Source: Lingula anatina
Taxonomy: Eukaryota; Animalia; Brachiopoda
Reading direction: 5' to 3'
DNA length: 64,000 bases
NCBI GenBank assembly: GCA_051362555.1
Contig: CM120640.1
Span: 36,041,967-36,105,966, forward strand
Shown: piece by piece, positions 1-13,800 of the stretch
Numbering within the stretch: position 1 is the first letter of the stretch
How the letters are laid out: each line of letters opens with the position of its first letter
Translations under genes and position numbers: made by a program
The notes under the pieces: generated by a model
What the model was told of the DNA's origin: nothing
The model's input: the letters and a program-made list of their open reading frames with translations, nothing else
The model's database searches: none

Positions 1-996
1 CCTATATGTTTAAGCAAATGGTTGCAGAAATGAAGATCACTTCATGAACTGAATTATTGTTATTTTACATTGGACATCATAAATACATAAGTGTGAAAAA
101 TGCCTTGCTTCTGTGAATGACTGAATAATAATAAAATCCTAACAATGTTGCTTATATGAATGGTTGCATTCATGGTGAATATTAAACTCTTTCAAACATT
201 AGTCTTATTACATGTACTTTCTAATGAACCAATATGAAGTACAAGAATGCTGAAATAATTTCTGACAGCTTCACGATGTAGAGATAAGTCATAACTGACG
301 GCAATATTTCATGTCATAAGACAATCCTGCATACATTCTTCCTTGAGTCCACAAGGGTTTATCCTGATGATCAGCTCAAATTTCTCCTTATATCTATCCT
401 TTATGAAAAAAGTTGCTTCTATGTAAGGTTAAACTTATGATTACACATGAACCTCTCTCAAACTATAACTGTTATTACCCAATGAACAAAAAAAATGAAG
501 TACAAGATAACTTAACTATCTTCTGACAACAAGATGTTGGATAAGTAGCATTTGGTAGGGTTTCACGTTTTTAGACTGTCTTGAGTTCATATTGGTCGAT
601 CCTGCTGATCAGCTGAAGCTTTAGCTTGTATATATCCTTTTCCCTTTGGTGCCCTTGATCGCCATATGAAGTTTATTTTATTTTATTTGATTCACCTACA
701 TTACCGCTACTATTCCCCGTCGTTCATTCCCTCCAGCATGGCCGCGGGACTAGTGTTACGGAGCAAATATGACGTCACTGTAATGGGTTAGTACAACACC
801 CACATACTACATTTATATGAACATCCAAATTAACTTTTGGGTGATCCAGCTTTTCCATTTTAATTCTTGTCTATGCTGTTCTCCATTTTAGACATGGCAT
901 GATGGTGTTTGGTATTACACAACCAGCACAATGTCAATGTCTTGTGTTTTATTCTAATTTTGAATACATTTTAAAATTTCTTCAATTTCTGTTCAG

Positions 997-3900
997 GACC
1001 AAAGCTGGGAGTAGCCAGAGTGAGAGCATGCTGATTTCACAACTCCAGAATAGTTTGTCCCTTGAGTTTGAGCGTGCTGATGCGCCAAGGAGGTTACGTC
1101 TTGTGTTAAGTGAACTTCTATTTGTAGTGTCACAGGTATGTATAGAATATTATATTTGAATATTAAGATTTGGTTTGAGAGGGTGATGTATTGTTATTTA
1201 TGGCTTGTCAATACTGCACAGTAGTACAGTACAGTTTTATGTATAAATGGAGGTCTTAATGTCTTTCTATTATATATTTTAATGCTATATTTTATATTCC
1301 TCTTCCAAACACAATATATATTTTTTCAGATGAGAGAAACTAGAACTGAGTTCTACCATAAACCATCTGAGTTATTTGAATGTGATGTTTATTTAGAAGA
1401 AGTTGCAGATGTGATTTGCATTGCCCAAGCAGGTAAATTGTTTCATCATAAAGAACATAGATGAATACCAATTACAGTACCATTATATTGTCAGTAACCT
1501 TGGGAAAATGGAAGAGCAGTCCCATCATCATAACTTTAAGCAATCTGAAATCCTGAAATGAAAACAACACTTTTTAGGTATTGGTTTTATAGAATTTTTT
1601 CACTACCATATTATCACAGTTAACAGGTTTATATTTTTTATGATTTTTTTTTTCACTTTTCAGAATTACCGAGACTTCTTCCAGTGACAGAGGTTGCAGA
1701 GGCCATGCTTCATGTTAAAAATGGACACTTGATATTATGCAGACTGGTAGCTAATTTACCAGAATCCTTTTCGGAAGGTAAAGAGATTTTCTCATCTAAA
1801 ATGTGAAGTTAATTTGTCAAAAAATGACAGTGATAAAAATGCTGTTGTCTTCATCATGTTAAGCTAAATGTTTGTAGTATAGCAAGGGTAGCAAACCCCA
1901 TTCGTAAACAAAATACATTGCATCAGAATATGAATCTTGTTTTAATGTTGTAACTCTAGTAATGCTGTAATCAGTTCAGTGTTACAGCAATGAGGTCAGC
2001 ATGATTCACTTGTTGTTAATATATAAAAAGTGTTAGTCTTGAGTGAATGTTATGCACTTATTGCTTCATTGTAGTATGCAACAGCCTGATCTCCACTGGA
2101 GAGAAACAGGATGAAGATATGCTATCAGGGAGAAGGAGGATGCAAGCAATAAGAGCTCTCTGTAACATGAATCCTGAAGAAATTCTCAGTGTCAGAGCAA
2201 TGTGTGTAAGTATAGCCATCTAGGTGGTGTCTTTTAGGTTTGGGGGTTCATAATGTTTTACATTGGCATTTGCTTAATCACTTGCAGCCTAGTTGTATGA
2301 AATGTATAAGTGTTGTCATTTGGAATTATGGAAATATATTAACAATGTATGTTATGAAACATATATAAGCTATTTATGGATAGTATGTTACAACTTGTAC
2401 CACATGTCAGATATACTGGAATTAAAATTGTAAAGCATGATTTTTAAATGGTTATGTCGAAATAACTCCTTTTAAAATATGTCTCTGTTCCTCATGTTGT
2501 GAATAGACTAATGAAAATTTATAACATTTTAATGTTAAAATGATAAAATAATCCAACATAAAACTATAAACATCCAAACATGAATACATGTTGCTATTCC
2601 AGCTAGAACATTGTAAGATGCCTGGTCTAGCTGTGGCCTTGACCTTGCTCCCTCAGACCACCAGCAGCCTGAGCAGTGGTGGGGGTGGGGCCACTAATGA
2701 CCTTGTGTCATTTGTCAGTGGTATCCTACTGGGTAATGATACCAATGTCAGGAGCTGGTTTGCACAGTTTGTGAAAAATGGACAAAAGGTGAAGCATTTT
2801 AATCATAGAGTGCTGACTTGGGTTCAGTATCCAATAATATTTAGGTTGGGCTGACCCATTTTAGAAATGTCCACTGCAGTTTTTTTAAAGTAAGAATATA
2901 TTCTTCCAAGGTACAAGCACAGATAATATTAATAAATGAAATTCCCTGGAGATGTAATTGTCTCTCTTCCTATTGTTCTTATTTTTCACTATTGTTTAAA
3001 ACCTGCTGAAGTTCACCAAGCTTGTCTGTGTAATTGTAAAACAATACATGCAGCTATTCAAATTACATCTAAAAATATTTATTTTTCAGAGAAAGCGTGA
3101 CCCCACTGGTTCTATGCTGCATGCAATGAGACAGAAGTTACTGGAACAACTGGTCTCACTGATACCTGACAGTGGGGATAGGTTCACAGAGGAGGCTGTG
3201 GTCCAGGCCAGTGGCTTCTTCAGGCTTTATGCTGCTTTGAAGGGAATAGCAGCACTCAAGTGAGTATTCTTTGAAAATGCTAGCAGAAAAATCCATTCAA
3301 ACATCATTTTCGGATAAAATTAAACAATGCCTTTTGGTAATTCTCTTAGTTATACTACTTGAAACTATATGCTGGCATTTGGTCAGTTTTTGTGGCAACA
3401 TACTGACTTTGTATGCATCTTTAAATGTTTCTGTAATATTATGGGTTATCAATGTTGAATACTGTATTAATTTTGCACTATTGCTTTAAGGTTTAGTGAG
3501 GAAGAAGCTAAGCTTATCCTACGTCTGATAACATCCCATCCCCCTCATAATGCCGCAGGTGTGAGATTTGTGTCCCTGGCAATGAGCATGCTGATAGCCA
3601 GTCCATCTTTATTGGGGTAAGTCTTTGGTATATTGCAAGTGAACTCTAACAAGAATTGAAAATTAAGAAACTGATTATTACTGGGTGCAGAGGAGAGGGG
3701 GTGGGTCCAGGTTTTGTCAAGTCAAGATTTTGTAGAGAATTATAATGGAAATTGATGTTGTTCTTTATACTGGAAATTTGATGATGAAACACTTAATATA
3801 ACTGTTGTTCTGAATCTTCAATGTTTTTCATCTGTAGTACTCCAGAACAAGAACGAATGGCAATAGATTGGATCAAGGGGCTTATTGATGAGGAAGAATC

Positions 3901-6900
3901 CTATGAAAGGTATGGGTATCTCTATGAAAATTTTAAAATGCACCTTCTGCTCAAGTTTCAGAAAACAATTGACAGTTTTGTATAGTGACCACTCTCATTT
4001 GCTGGACAATAGATTGGTTGATTTTATGTGGCTTGTCATGATATGATTACATTCATCCTTATAATTACATTCATCCTTAAATCCACATTTTAGTTGATAT
4101 TATTTTAATTACTTTGATTGTTTCTTTCTTTAGGAAAGTTAGTGGGACTGCATCATTTGGTGAATTGTTGCTGTTGATAGCCATTCACTTCCACAGTTTC
4201 CAGACCAACTCCATAGCAGATCTTGTCTGCTCTACACTGGGCATGAAGGTGGGCATTTGTAGGCTATAACAAGTCTCTTTTGACATAATTACTAATGTGG
4301 AACTATAACCTTTCAAAGACTATTAATTTTTTAAAACATTTTTGAAATTTATCTTTTGGGATATGAGACATTCAACTTCAACTTGAAGGAAATTGATTAT
4401 ATTACTGATTTGAATACTTTTAAGCGATTCATTTTTCATTTGCAGCTGTCAGTCAAAGCCAACTCTTTGGCCAGATTAAAGACCATTTTTACACAAGAAA
4501 TCTTCACAGAGAAGGTAACGAGACTGATATTTTATATAAAAAATTATTTATTGGTACATTGCACTTACAAAATGTATCATCCTGCTTCCTTAATTAAGTT
4601 TATAACTCCATATTTAACAAATTCTTTTTTGACTTGCTATTTTTTCAAATTCTTTCATCCTTAAGTTCAATACCAATATACAAATCAGTGTATTTTACAT
4701 CTCTTTTATAAATAATCACAACATTTGTAATTACAGGTTGTTGCTGCCCATGCCATCCGTGTCCCTGTCACCCCCTGTCTTAGTGCCTCCATACCTGGCT
4801 TTCTGCCTGTGCACTGTATATCACAGCTGTTGAAAAGCAGGGCCTTTTCCAAGCATAAAGTACCAATAAGGGTAAGTTGCTGAAGAGATTGTCATCTTTG
4901 CCTCAATCCTGTTCTAATGGGATTTCTCTGTAACTCCATTGCCCTGTTAGACAGGGTTTCAGGGTATGTTTGCAACAAATAAGAACATTTTCATTTCCAG
5001 AGCTATTTTGGGCATTTTCTTATGGTATTTAGGTTAGGTGCTGTGATTTTTATAAGAGTGGTGCTTCAGCTGAGAAGAACATTGTAAAATGTGCCATACG
5101 TAACAGATATTAATTGAAAGTAAAGATTTTTTTTTTTTGGTTTTCAGAGATAATTATTTTCAGATCATGTGCAAAAATAATTAAAAAAAATATTTTGGTA
5201 TCACCAAAAGTTTAAATGGTGTGAAAATTTTTTACAGGGTTGGATCTACAAGCAGATCTGTAGTTGCAGCACACCCATACACCCACTGATGCCCCCTCTG
5301 GTGGATGCCTACGTCAACTCCATCATCACTCCGGCCAGCAAGACGGACCATACCAACAAACCTTTCTCAGAGGAGGAAGTCCTGGCTGTATTTGTGAACA
5401 GTGACCAGAAGAATGACCAGTCCGAGATGGACTGTAGAGTGACCAAAACTTCTCTTCCTGTGCAGTTGCTGATGACTTACTATGTGATGTTGTATCAGGA
5501 CAGTTTGTTATCTAATATGAAAGCAATAGGTATGTGAAGTACTAAAAAGTAGGGGTGGGGGTTTTAACCTGGAAGATTCTTACCAAATTAAAAACAGAAT
5601 TAAATTGATGATTATGTGGCAAAAAAAATGAAAAAAGAGTTTTTTTCACATTTTACTTAACCAAATTGGAACATGTCTATCTATGACTAAACTATACCAC
5701 AAAATGCTTAGTTTTATAGCGGGTTTGAAGTTCATGTAAATAACCATGTCTCAAAAAGGAACATGCTTGGAACTATATCTGTTATCTTATTCTACAGTTG
5801 AACTAGCATACATTTTGATTAAAAAAAATTAATATGGATATTTCAGCACAGTCTTTGGTGCTTGTGTTTGTATTAAAAAGCCATTTTTCATCACTGATAT
5901 TACTTAGTTATTAGTTGTATTCTGTCAAACGTAGTGTTTGCGCTGTATTTCAGTGACATCAAAGAGAGATATTGTGCAGTATTCCCAGCATGTAGTAGCC
6001 AAAATTCCTATCAAATATTTACTACAGCAAGCACAAAAGGAGCAGCAGCAGTTTGCAGGGCTTTTTGCCCCTCTTCTCAAGTAAGCAGGATAAATTTTGA
6101 ATCCAATGTTTGGGAGTGCCACTCCTTTGAGACCTACAACTCTCTTTGTACACTCACCGAACTGCTATTATTTGTTTTTACCTGCAAACACACCAGCGTC
6201 CTTAGATACAGAGCCAAGTTTTTGCCATGTTACTCAGATAAACATTGATCAAGCACAATGACAACTTAATGTTGATGTAAAGTAAAAAAAACCCCAGAAA
6301 TTCTTATGAAAACCTATCTCTCATAATCGTTCTCCATATGTGTATCCTAATGTCAGATGAATCATTTAATTTGTTTCACTTCTGCATTTTCTTCTTCTAG
6401 GTTGATAGCAACAAATTACCCACACTTGTGTCTAGTTGAAGACTGGCTACAGGAAGAAATGATGTCAGTTTCACCACTTCCAAATCATGGTATACCTGTA
6501 GCCAAAACCACTGTGGAGAGCTTGCAAAAAGGTTGGTGCATGTCATCATCTAGATACTTCATTTGGAAGCTTAAATGAACTGACACAATATAGTAAAATG
6601 TATTAATTTAAATGTTATTTCCATAACCATAGGATTCAGAAAATTACTGTTTTATATTTTTGTTAGCACTTAACATGGACACTGGTCACTGGTACTCCAT
6701 TATTTATTAATTTTTTTTCCCCAAATTGTGAGAATGGTTTAGTTCTGCATTTGAAGTGGCATCAATGAAGGGGTCAATGGAAAGAGTCCTCATTCCACAC
6801 AAGCCCCATCCTCAGCTCCAGGATAAGGTCAAAAACCTGACCATTGAATTTATTCTTCAAGACCCTAATTGTTCAAAGTTGTTATTCACATAGGTTTTGC

Positions 6901-9818
6901 ACAGGTAAAAGAGTGCCCATCTGTTTTGATAATGCAACTAGAACATCTTCTCACACTGCCTGTGAAGAGCATCCTCCCATTTGCTGAGTGTATCGTTGGA
7001 AGTTTAGCAGTACTGCTGGAGGATGGTACATCACGAAGGGTGTTAGAACTGGTACATAGAATATGGGTTCAGCTGAATATGTTAGCACCACGGAGGTAAG
7101 TGATGCAGATCTGATGTAATTTGAAGAGAACATTCATAAGTACTTGCAATACATGTAAATGTAATCTTATTTCCTGAAGTACTCCCTCACCTTTTAAATA
7201 ATTTACTGCCTAATAATGTTTAGGAGATAAAAGATGGGAGTTCAAGTGTATTTCAAGTTTGGGATATTAGAGTGTTTGATTAAAATTAATTATGATGATT
7301 ATCTTTTTAAAAGTTGCTTGATATATATCTAATTGGTGTTTTTTCCTAGACTGGGTATTTTGACAGTGAATGCCTTGAGACCCCATCATCAGGCTGCTTT
7401 CAAAGAACAGTCATATACTCAGGACAACGTGACTGTAGACCCCCTCATTGTACTCAGGTGTGATCAGAGGGTGTTCAGGTAAGTCTTCACATTCCTAAGC
7501 CTAAACTCAGACAAAGAACTTTTAAATTAGACATTTTTTGTGAAACGGGCACTAGATCAACATAGCTTCCTAACACTTGTAATACATTAACTGTTTAGAT
7601 AAGCATTTTCATACTCTCTTCAGCAGAAATTTGTTTTGCATTTTGTTCACATAAACATGATAATCCTACCATTTGACTCCAGATGCCCTCCCATATTTGA
7701 CCTAGTATTGAGGGTGCTCTCAGCCTTCCTTCAGGCGTCCAGGAGATACCTGTCCCAGCACATCCAGGCCAACCCTAAGCTGGACAAGGGAACACCAGTG
7801 CCCAATGACTTTGAGAGGGAGGAACTGAAAGGAGCTTTAATAGCTGCCCAGGAGTCGGCTGTCGTCCAGATCTTGCTGGAGTGTTGCCTGCCCAGGGATG
7901 CAGAAAAAGTAGGGAATTTTTTATTAAATCTTAATTAAATATTGTTTGAGAAATTTGTGTTTTATATTAAATACTTTTTATTAGCTGTTGAATAAAGTAA
8001 CTGCAGGTGTATTTATAAGCCTATGCACAGTTATTGAATAGTCAGTGAAGAAACCTAGACTTTATTTCAGTTGTTTGTTGCTTACTGTTCATGAAATATT
8101 TTTTTGTTTCAGGCAAAAGGCAGTTTGTTGAGCAAGCAGAGAGAAATCCAGTGCCTTGTATGCTCTCATCTACATCAAATGTTTATAGCAGACCCCAATC
8201 TGGCCAAGCTGGTGCATTTTCAGGTATATTCTCAGTAAACTGAACAACCTATGGCATTGTGGTCACAATTTTGCCACTGTCATGTAACTAGTTGTCTATT
8301 AACTTGGAAAGTCGCAGAGAGAGAGAGAGAGAGAGAGAGATTCACCACTTATGCAAGAAATAAAACCTATATTAGTGTAGAAATATTATAGTAGATTAGC
8401 TAGATTGGTTGAGATACTTCTTTAACATTTTATAGATATGTTACTCTTGTATTCTCGTTATCAGGGTTACCCAAGTGAACTGTTGCCAGTGACAGTGGCT
8501 GGAATCCCCTCAATGCATATTTGCTTGGACTTTATCCCAGAGTTAATCAGTCAACCACAGATAGAAAAACAGGTGTCCTATATTTTGATTAATTTTTAAT
8601 GCAAAATAATAATAATAATGTAAAATAAATAAATAATCCACAGAAAATTTTCCAGCTATTATATTATTATTTAATAATAACATCTCATATTGCAAGATGT
8701 AAACAGATATCATCAGTGTCTTACCATTATCTGAAGTACTAACAAAATGACAATATCTTATTTTGTTGGTACCTATTAAGGTTATGCTGTACTCACACAT
8801 ACATTTTGTTTCAGGTGTTTGCAATAGAACTGGTTTCCTATCTCAGTATGCAGTATGCTTTACCCAAGTCCCTGGGTATTGCCAAGCTAGCAGTGAATGT
8901 AATGCTCACTTTACTTGGAGGTAAGTGAGGTTCCTGGTTGCCCACACCCATTAAAAGCAGATGCTCAGCTGATGTAAATAATTGTTGAATTTAATGATAG
9001 GCTGGATGGATATGTCCAGTTCAAGTTGCTTCTGTTGGAATATCGTGTAACATTTAAGTTGACAATTGAAGTTGACAATTATAACATGGATACCACATAA
9101 ATGCTTCATATCATACAGAGACTGATGGAATAATTATGTGCATTTTAGAGGTCAGTCATGTCAAAGTACATATTTAAATCATGTAAATCTTTTGAAATTA
9201 GTCGCAAACCTGTTCATCTGTTATTTTTAGAAATAATGCAGCATCTTTGTGTACTTTTTCAGTTTTGCCCTGTGATGTAATCCCAGAATTCTTCCTGCCC
9301 ACTCTCCCAGCCATGGTGAGAATCTGCCAGGCTTTCCCCCCTCTCCATGATGATGTAACAGCTCTGCTGCTGCAGCTGGGAAAAGTGGCCACGGCCAACC
9401 TCACTGCCTTCGATAATATTTCTACAGGTATAAAACAAATAAGTGACTTTTATAATAGTAGAAATCCTCTTTTGTCACATACTAAGTACAATCTTTGATT
9501 TTTATAATTTTTGTCAAAGGTCAACAATTAAGATAATTTTGTATCTAAGAACATTATTTTCACAAACATGTTTTATACATTGTTTGTGATAATAGAGTAA
9601 CAAGTATTTTGAATTGGTTTAAATAATTCATGGAATGTTTGTATTTACCTTTGTTTCTTTTAGATATTAATCCAGTAATGAGAGATGATGAAGAAAAGAG
9701 TGAGAGGTCAAAAGACCATCTTAGCCTTATTAACAGGTATGGACTATTGAGCCAGCTGACCCAGAAAACTTTCAGTGAAATAGTGAACACTGCTGTTGTG
9801 ACCAAAAACATCTACTGA
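997..9818 (+). CDS. INTS2: Integrator complex subunit 2, 5'-partial (N-terminal exons lie upstream of the window); 22 coding exons: 997-1135, 1330-1432, 1664-1777, 2075-2205, 2603-2788, 3090-3259, 3491-3616, 3838-3909, 4134-4248, 4446-4514, 4737-4871, 5238-5529, 5954-6080, 6401-6531, 6894-7095, 7350-7478, 7683-7908, 8113-8223, 8465-8572, 8815-8920, 9263-9427, 9664-9818
   Basis: GT-AG-bounded exons translate to collinear peptides matching INTS2 as recalled: SQLQNSLSLEFERADAPRRLRLVLSELL, ELFECDVYLEEVADVICIAQAELP, DLVSFVSGILLG, FGELLLLIAIHFHS, FLPVHCISQLLKSRAFSKHKVPI, REELKGALIAAQESAVVQILLECC, KLVHFQGYPSELLPVTVAGIPSMHICLDFIPEL. Stop TGA at 9816-9818. Confidence 0.95.
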
Positions 9819-10258
9819 GTTCTATTATGTGTGTTTAATCAAAATGCCAAGGTAGAATTTTTTTAAAGAAGGGATTAATCAGAAAAATACAAAATCTGTG
9901 AATCTTCATTATACTCTTGTACTACAAGGAGATCATGAACCACTATACAATTTCAGTACTGTTCAGTTGTCATCAAGATGCTTTGAATAATAACTTTAAA
10001 ATCCTAGAGAATGTTTGATATCAAGGGAATATCAAATTTTCTTGTACATTTGTCATGTTAGTTTGAAGGGAAAGAATCTTTTTCCATATTTTTTTTCATA
10101 TATTCATGTACATATGTATCTTTACATGAAAGTTTATTTTAGATAATAAAAGTAGTAAAACTTGAAAAAAAATGCCAGTGAAATGCACAAAAGCAACTCT
10201 TTACTAGATAAGCCCATTTACAAAATACAAGTTGCCTAGATTGTTCATTTTTATAACC

Positions 10259-10264
10259 AATAAA
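10259..10264 (+). terminator. Candidate poly(A) signal of INTS2 (AATAAA); another candidate at 10145-10150
   Basis: AATAAA about 440 nt after the INTS2 stop codon, in AT-rich 3'UTR-like sequence. Confidence 0.5.
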
Positions 10265-10290
10265 AACAACATTTTGTATTTCAGCCACAA

Positions 10291-10296
10291 TTTATT
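10291..10296 (-). terminator. Candidate poly(A) signal of TBCCD1 (AATAAA on the minus strand)
   Basis: TTTATT on the + strand about 550 nt downstream of the TBCCD1 stop codon. Confidence 0.5.
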
Positions 10297-10848
10297 AAAC
10301 AATAATGCCACATAGTTAATGTACAATAGTACAACAAGACGTGTAGAAAAAAAACTATATATAAATCAAAATATCTGTATAGAATATACTAATTCTGAAC
10401 AGTCACATTGACAAACCAAATAACAAAATGAAATAAAACTACGAGTAAGACATTTACCTTAACAAAATTTCATCATATATTTAAACATTAAATGGTCAGA
10501 TAGATTTTTAAATGCAAAAATTTCAAAGCTGGATTAATGTCAACGTAAAATCATTCTACTGGAAAGAAATCCTTTGCAATAAGCTTCAGATACACAAAGC
10601 ACTTCACGAATAGCAAACAATTGGGTGTATAAGTCTTTAAACATGGCAACTTTATCAACAGGATACAAATACATTTGGAATATCATTGCTTTATAAAGCA
10701 CATAAATAATAAATGTATCAGATTTCATGGGTCGGATATTTGGACTTCGTTTAAGTAAATCACTTTCCTTTACACATTGTCATCTCTTCATTTTGGCATT
10801 TAAGAAGCAATAGTTATATTATTTTGGGGACTAAAATTCTCAGTTATT

Positions 10849-13800
10849 TCAAGGTGTTCCTTTTTTCTTGGCATCGGCAGGAGCTGCTAAACCATCCACT
10901 TCTCGTTTATGGCCACTCTCAACCAGCCAGTCCTTGAGAAATATAGAGAAAAGACATTCATGCATGCCCAAAAGGCTTCTTTGAACAACATTCATATGTA
11001 AAAAAATTGTTATAGATCTTTTTTATTTTGATTGTTCTTGGTGAAAGTGGTGTTTTTGCATGTAATTTTTGCTAAAACCTGTTTTATATGCTCATTTTAT
11101 CTTGAAAGGCTGAAGTCAAAACCAGGGACAGATCTTTTTACTTCTAACTAAATGGTTTATTTGAACTGGTGGTTTAAATTAACAACCACCTTTTCTAGTT
11201 TACCTGAAAGTGTGTTTCTACCAGCTGCTGGAACTGTTTCCTCTGCTCTTTACTCAGCCCAGCTTCCTTCACAGTCTTCTGCCACAGGTCTATCTGCTTC
11301 TCCCGCTGGCTGATGGCTTTCTTGTACTTGGGGGGGATTTCATATGGAATTGCCTTAGAAATGGAAGAAATTATGCAGTTACCTTCCATGCTAGGTTGAT
11401 TATTTCAGATTGGTTTTATATTTCACTAAAAAGTATTTTATGAGATAAATAATCAACATATAATTGCTGATATTTTCTCTTCATAAATATCTGTAACCAA
11501 TTTTTATGCTTGACCAAACAAAAATATCCAATTACGTCCTTTATACTTCATATCATAAATCAATTAATCAAACCCTTCAGTAAACTAATTAACCCTTATA
11601 AGAATATTCATAAAAACACCCAATCACCTTGGTATTCCCTTGCATTTCAAATGGAATGTTGAAGGTGTAGAAGTCTGCAGGTGGCATGAGTTCCCAGACT
11701 GGATGGTCTTCATGGTGGTCAGGACCTGGTGTGAACATAAGGAAAGGTCAGTTTTAAGATATGAGCACTTCTGAAATATGACTGAAAAATGAGGGTCGAT
11801 TCCAAATTGTATCATCCACAAGGTCAGTCATGTTATCACAGTAATATGTGGCATTAACTATGATATTTTCGGTAAATAACCATAGCCATTCATAAAATGA
11901 GTAATGTTCTGTTCTTAATCATTAATTTTTCTTTTCTTTTTTCATAAACAATGATAAAAGTTCAAGAGGTCACACTTCAAGTCAAAAACAATTTAAAAGA
12001 TAAAGAACTGCACATGTAACCCACTTCGATATTTTCAAAAAGTCATCATATTCATAGAAATGGAGAATTTCAAATGCTGTACATATTTCAAATAGTTTTT
12101 CAAAAAATAATAAATAAAAAACATAAAAGCAAATAAACAAGCTCAAACCACATCTTAATTTTGAAGAAAAGATATCACTATGTCTGACATTCGTCCTACC
12201 TGGCCTTGACCTCTTAATTGGTGCTTAACAAAATGGATGCACATTTCAAACAAATATGTTAACAGAACAAGTATCTTAAAACCTAAAACGTGATACATCT
12301 AATTTATAACTGTTAGTCAAAGCATGCATTGCAACATATTTTCACCATGACAACAAATAAATAATTGTTAAGTGGTTTCAAGTGCATTAATAGACTTACA
12401 AATAATATGTCATGGGGTAAATTTCACAATTAAAGTTTTCCTGGAAGCCACTGGTGCTTAGAAAAAAAAGGACGGTTCTCAATAAAATTGAAAACATTTA
12501 ACCCGTAATTGTTATCACTTTCGTCATACTAACCTACGCAGAAAGGCTGATCCCAGACATTAGGTACTGATGGCAGGCCCACTGTAGCCATGTGGTCTTC
12601 CAGCTTGGCATAGTGGGTATGGTAGGGGGCCAAGATTAGGCTGTCATTGCCCCCTAATATCAGGGGTCTTGTGGGGGTCAGGAGGTGGAATGTACACAAT
12701 GTACTGTTACTGGAAGTACAAGTGAAGTTTGCTTGTCATTTATTTCATGAGTTGTAAAGATTTACTGAGAACCAATGGGAATCAAGTTTGAATTTTAACA
12801 AAACAAACCAAAATGATATACTCATATTCTTCAGGCTATACAAAACATTATTTAGCTCCATGGTGCTGAAATGAAGAAAGCGTATGACATACTGATGAAC
12901 CACCTAGTAGTAGTAGTAGTAGCAGTAGTAGTACATAAAACAGGGATATTATCATTCATGTGAATATATAGAGTCTGTGTTGATTGAATGGATTTCCCTA
13001 CCTGACACTGAAGCGCCTGCATGCTCCTATGACCGTGACCTGTTCACAAGCATTGACGTGAACCACTGTGTCCACAGCACCCAGGATGATGGTGGAGTTA
13101 CGACACTTTTCAATACTCACAGACCTGAAATAGTGGCAAAAACAGATAAATCTTTAATCGAAGAGATTATTTGTCATTAATTCACTAGTTGATAACTGTG
13201 CTCTCAAAGTGTTAATGTGTCTGCTAATTTCTACATTTAAATAAATATTTGTGCATTTAGGTATGGACTCTTTGAAGTGATGTTTTTAGGTATTAATATT
13301 CTACAAAGAGACAAAAGGTACTTTACCTAATAGGGGACAATAAATATAAATAGGCAAAATGACACCTATGAACTTTGACTGTAGCTATCTCTAGAGTACC
13401 AGAACTCTGAAAAAAAGTTATACAGTACTAAGTTAAGGTTGTTATTTAATATACACTCCAAACAGTACTAATGACAATAAGTACATATCATATTCCATAT
13501 ACTTAATAGCCAAGGCTGAAAATGTGTGTTTGTACATCCATATCTTTCAAATTACTGCATGCAATAACTTTTTCATTGGTGTATTCACAGAATGTTGAAA
13601 GTGTCAAGTACCAATTATGGCTTCTTCAACAAAATAATTTACTTTCTATTATCTTCAGTTATAATATACCCTTAACATCTGTAAATCTAAAATACTCCAT
13701 ACCTACCCGTGAGATTGTCTGCTTGCAGACTTGAGACATAATTATAACTTTGTTGCTAAAATAAAAAAAATCAAATTGATGAAAATTCATTAAAATTTTC

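Noticed and set aside
3780-3813. C/D box snoRNA (ATGATGA...CTGA) in an INTS2 intron
   Set aside because: Only about 33 nt between the boxes and no terminal stem; too short.
8573-8814. Second U12 intron, in INTS2 (donor GTGTCCTA)
   Set aside because: The donor deviates from GTATCCTT, no CCTTAAC branch site was seen, and the acceptor is a normal pyrimidine-rich one.
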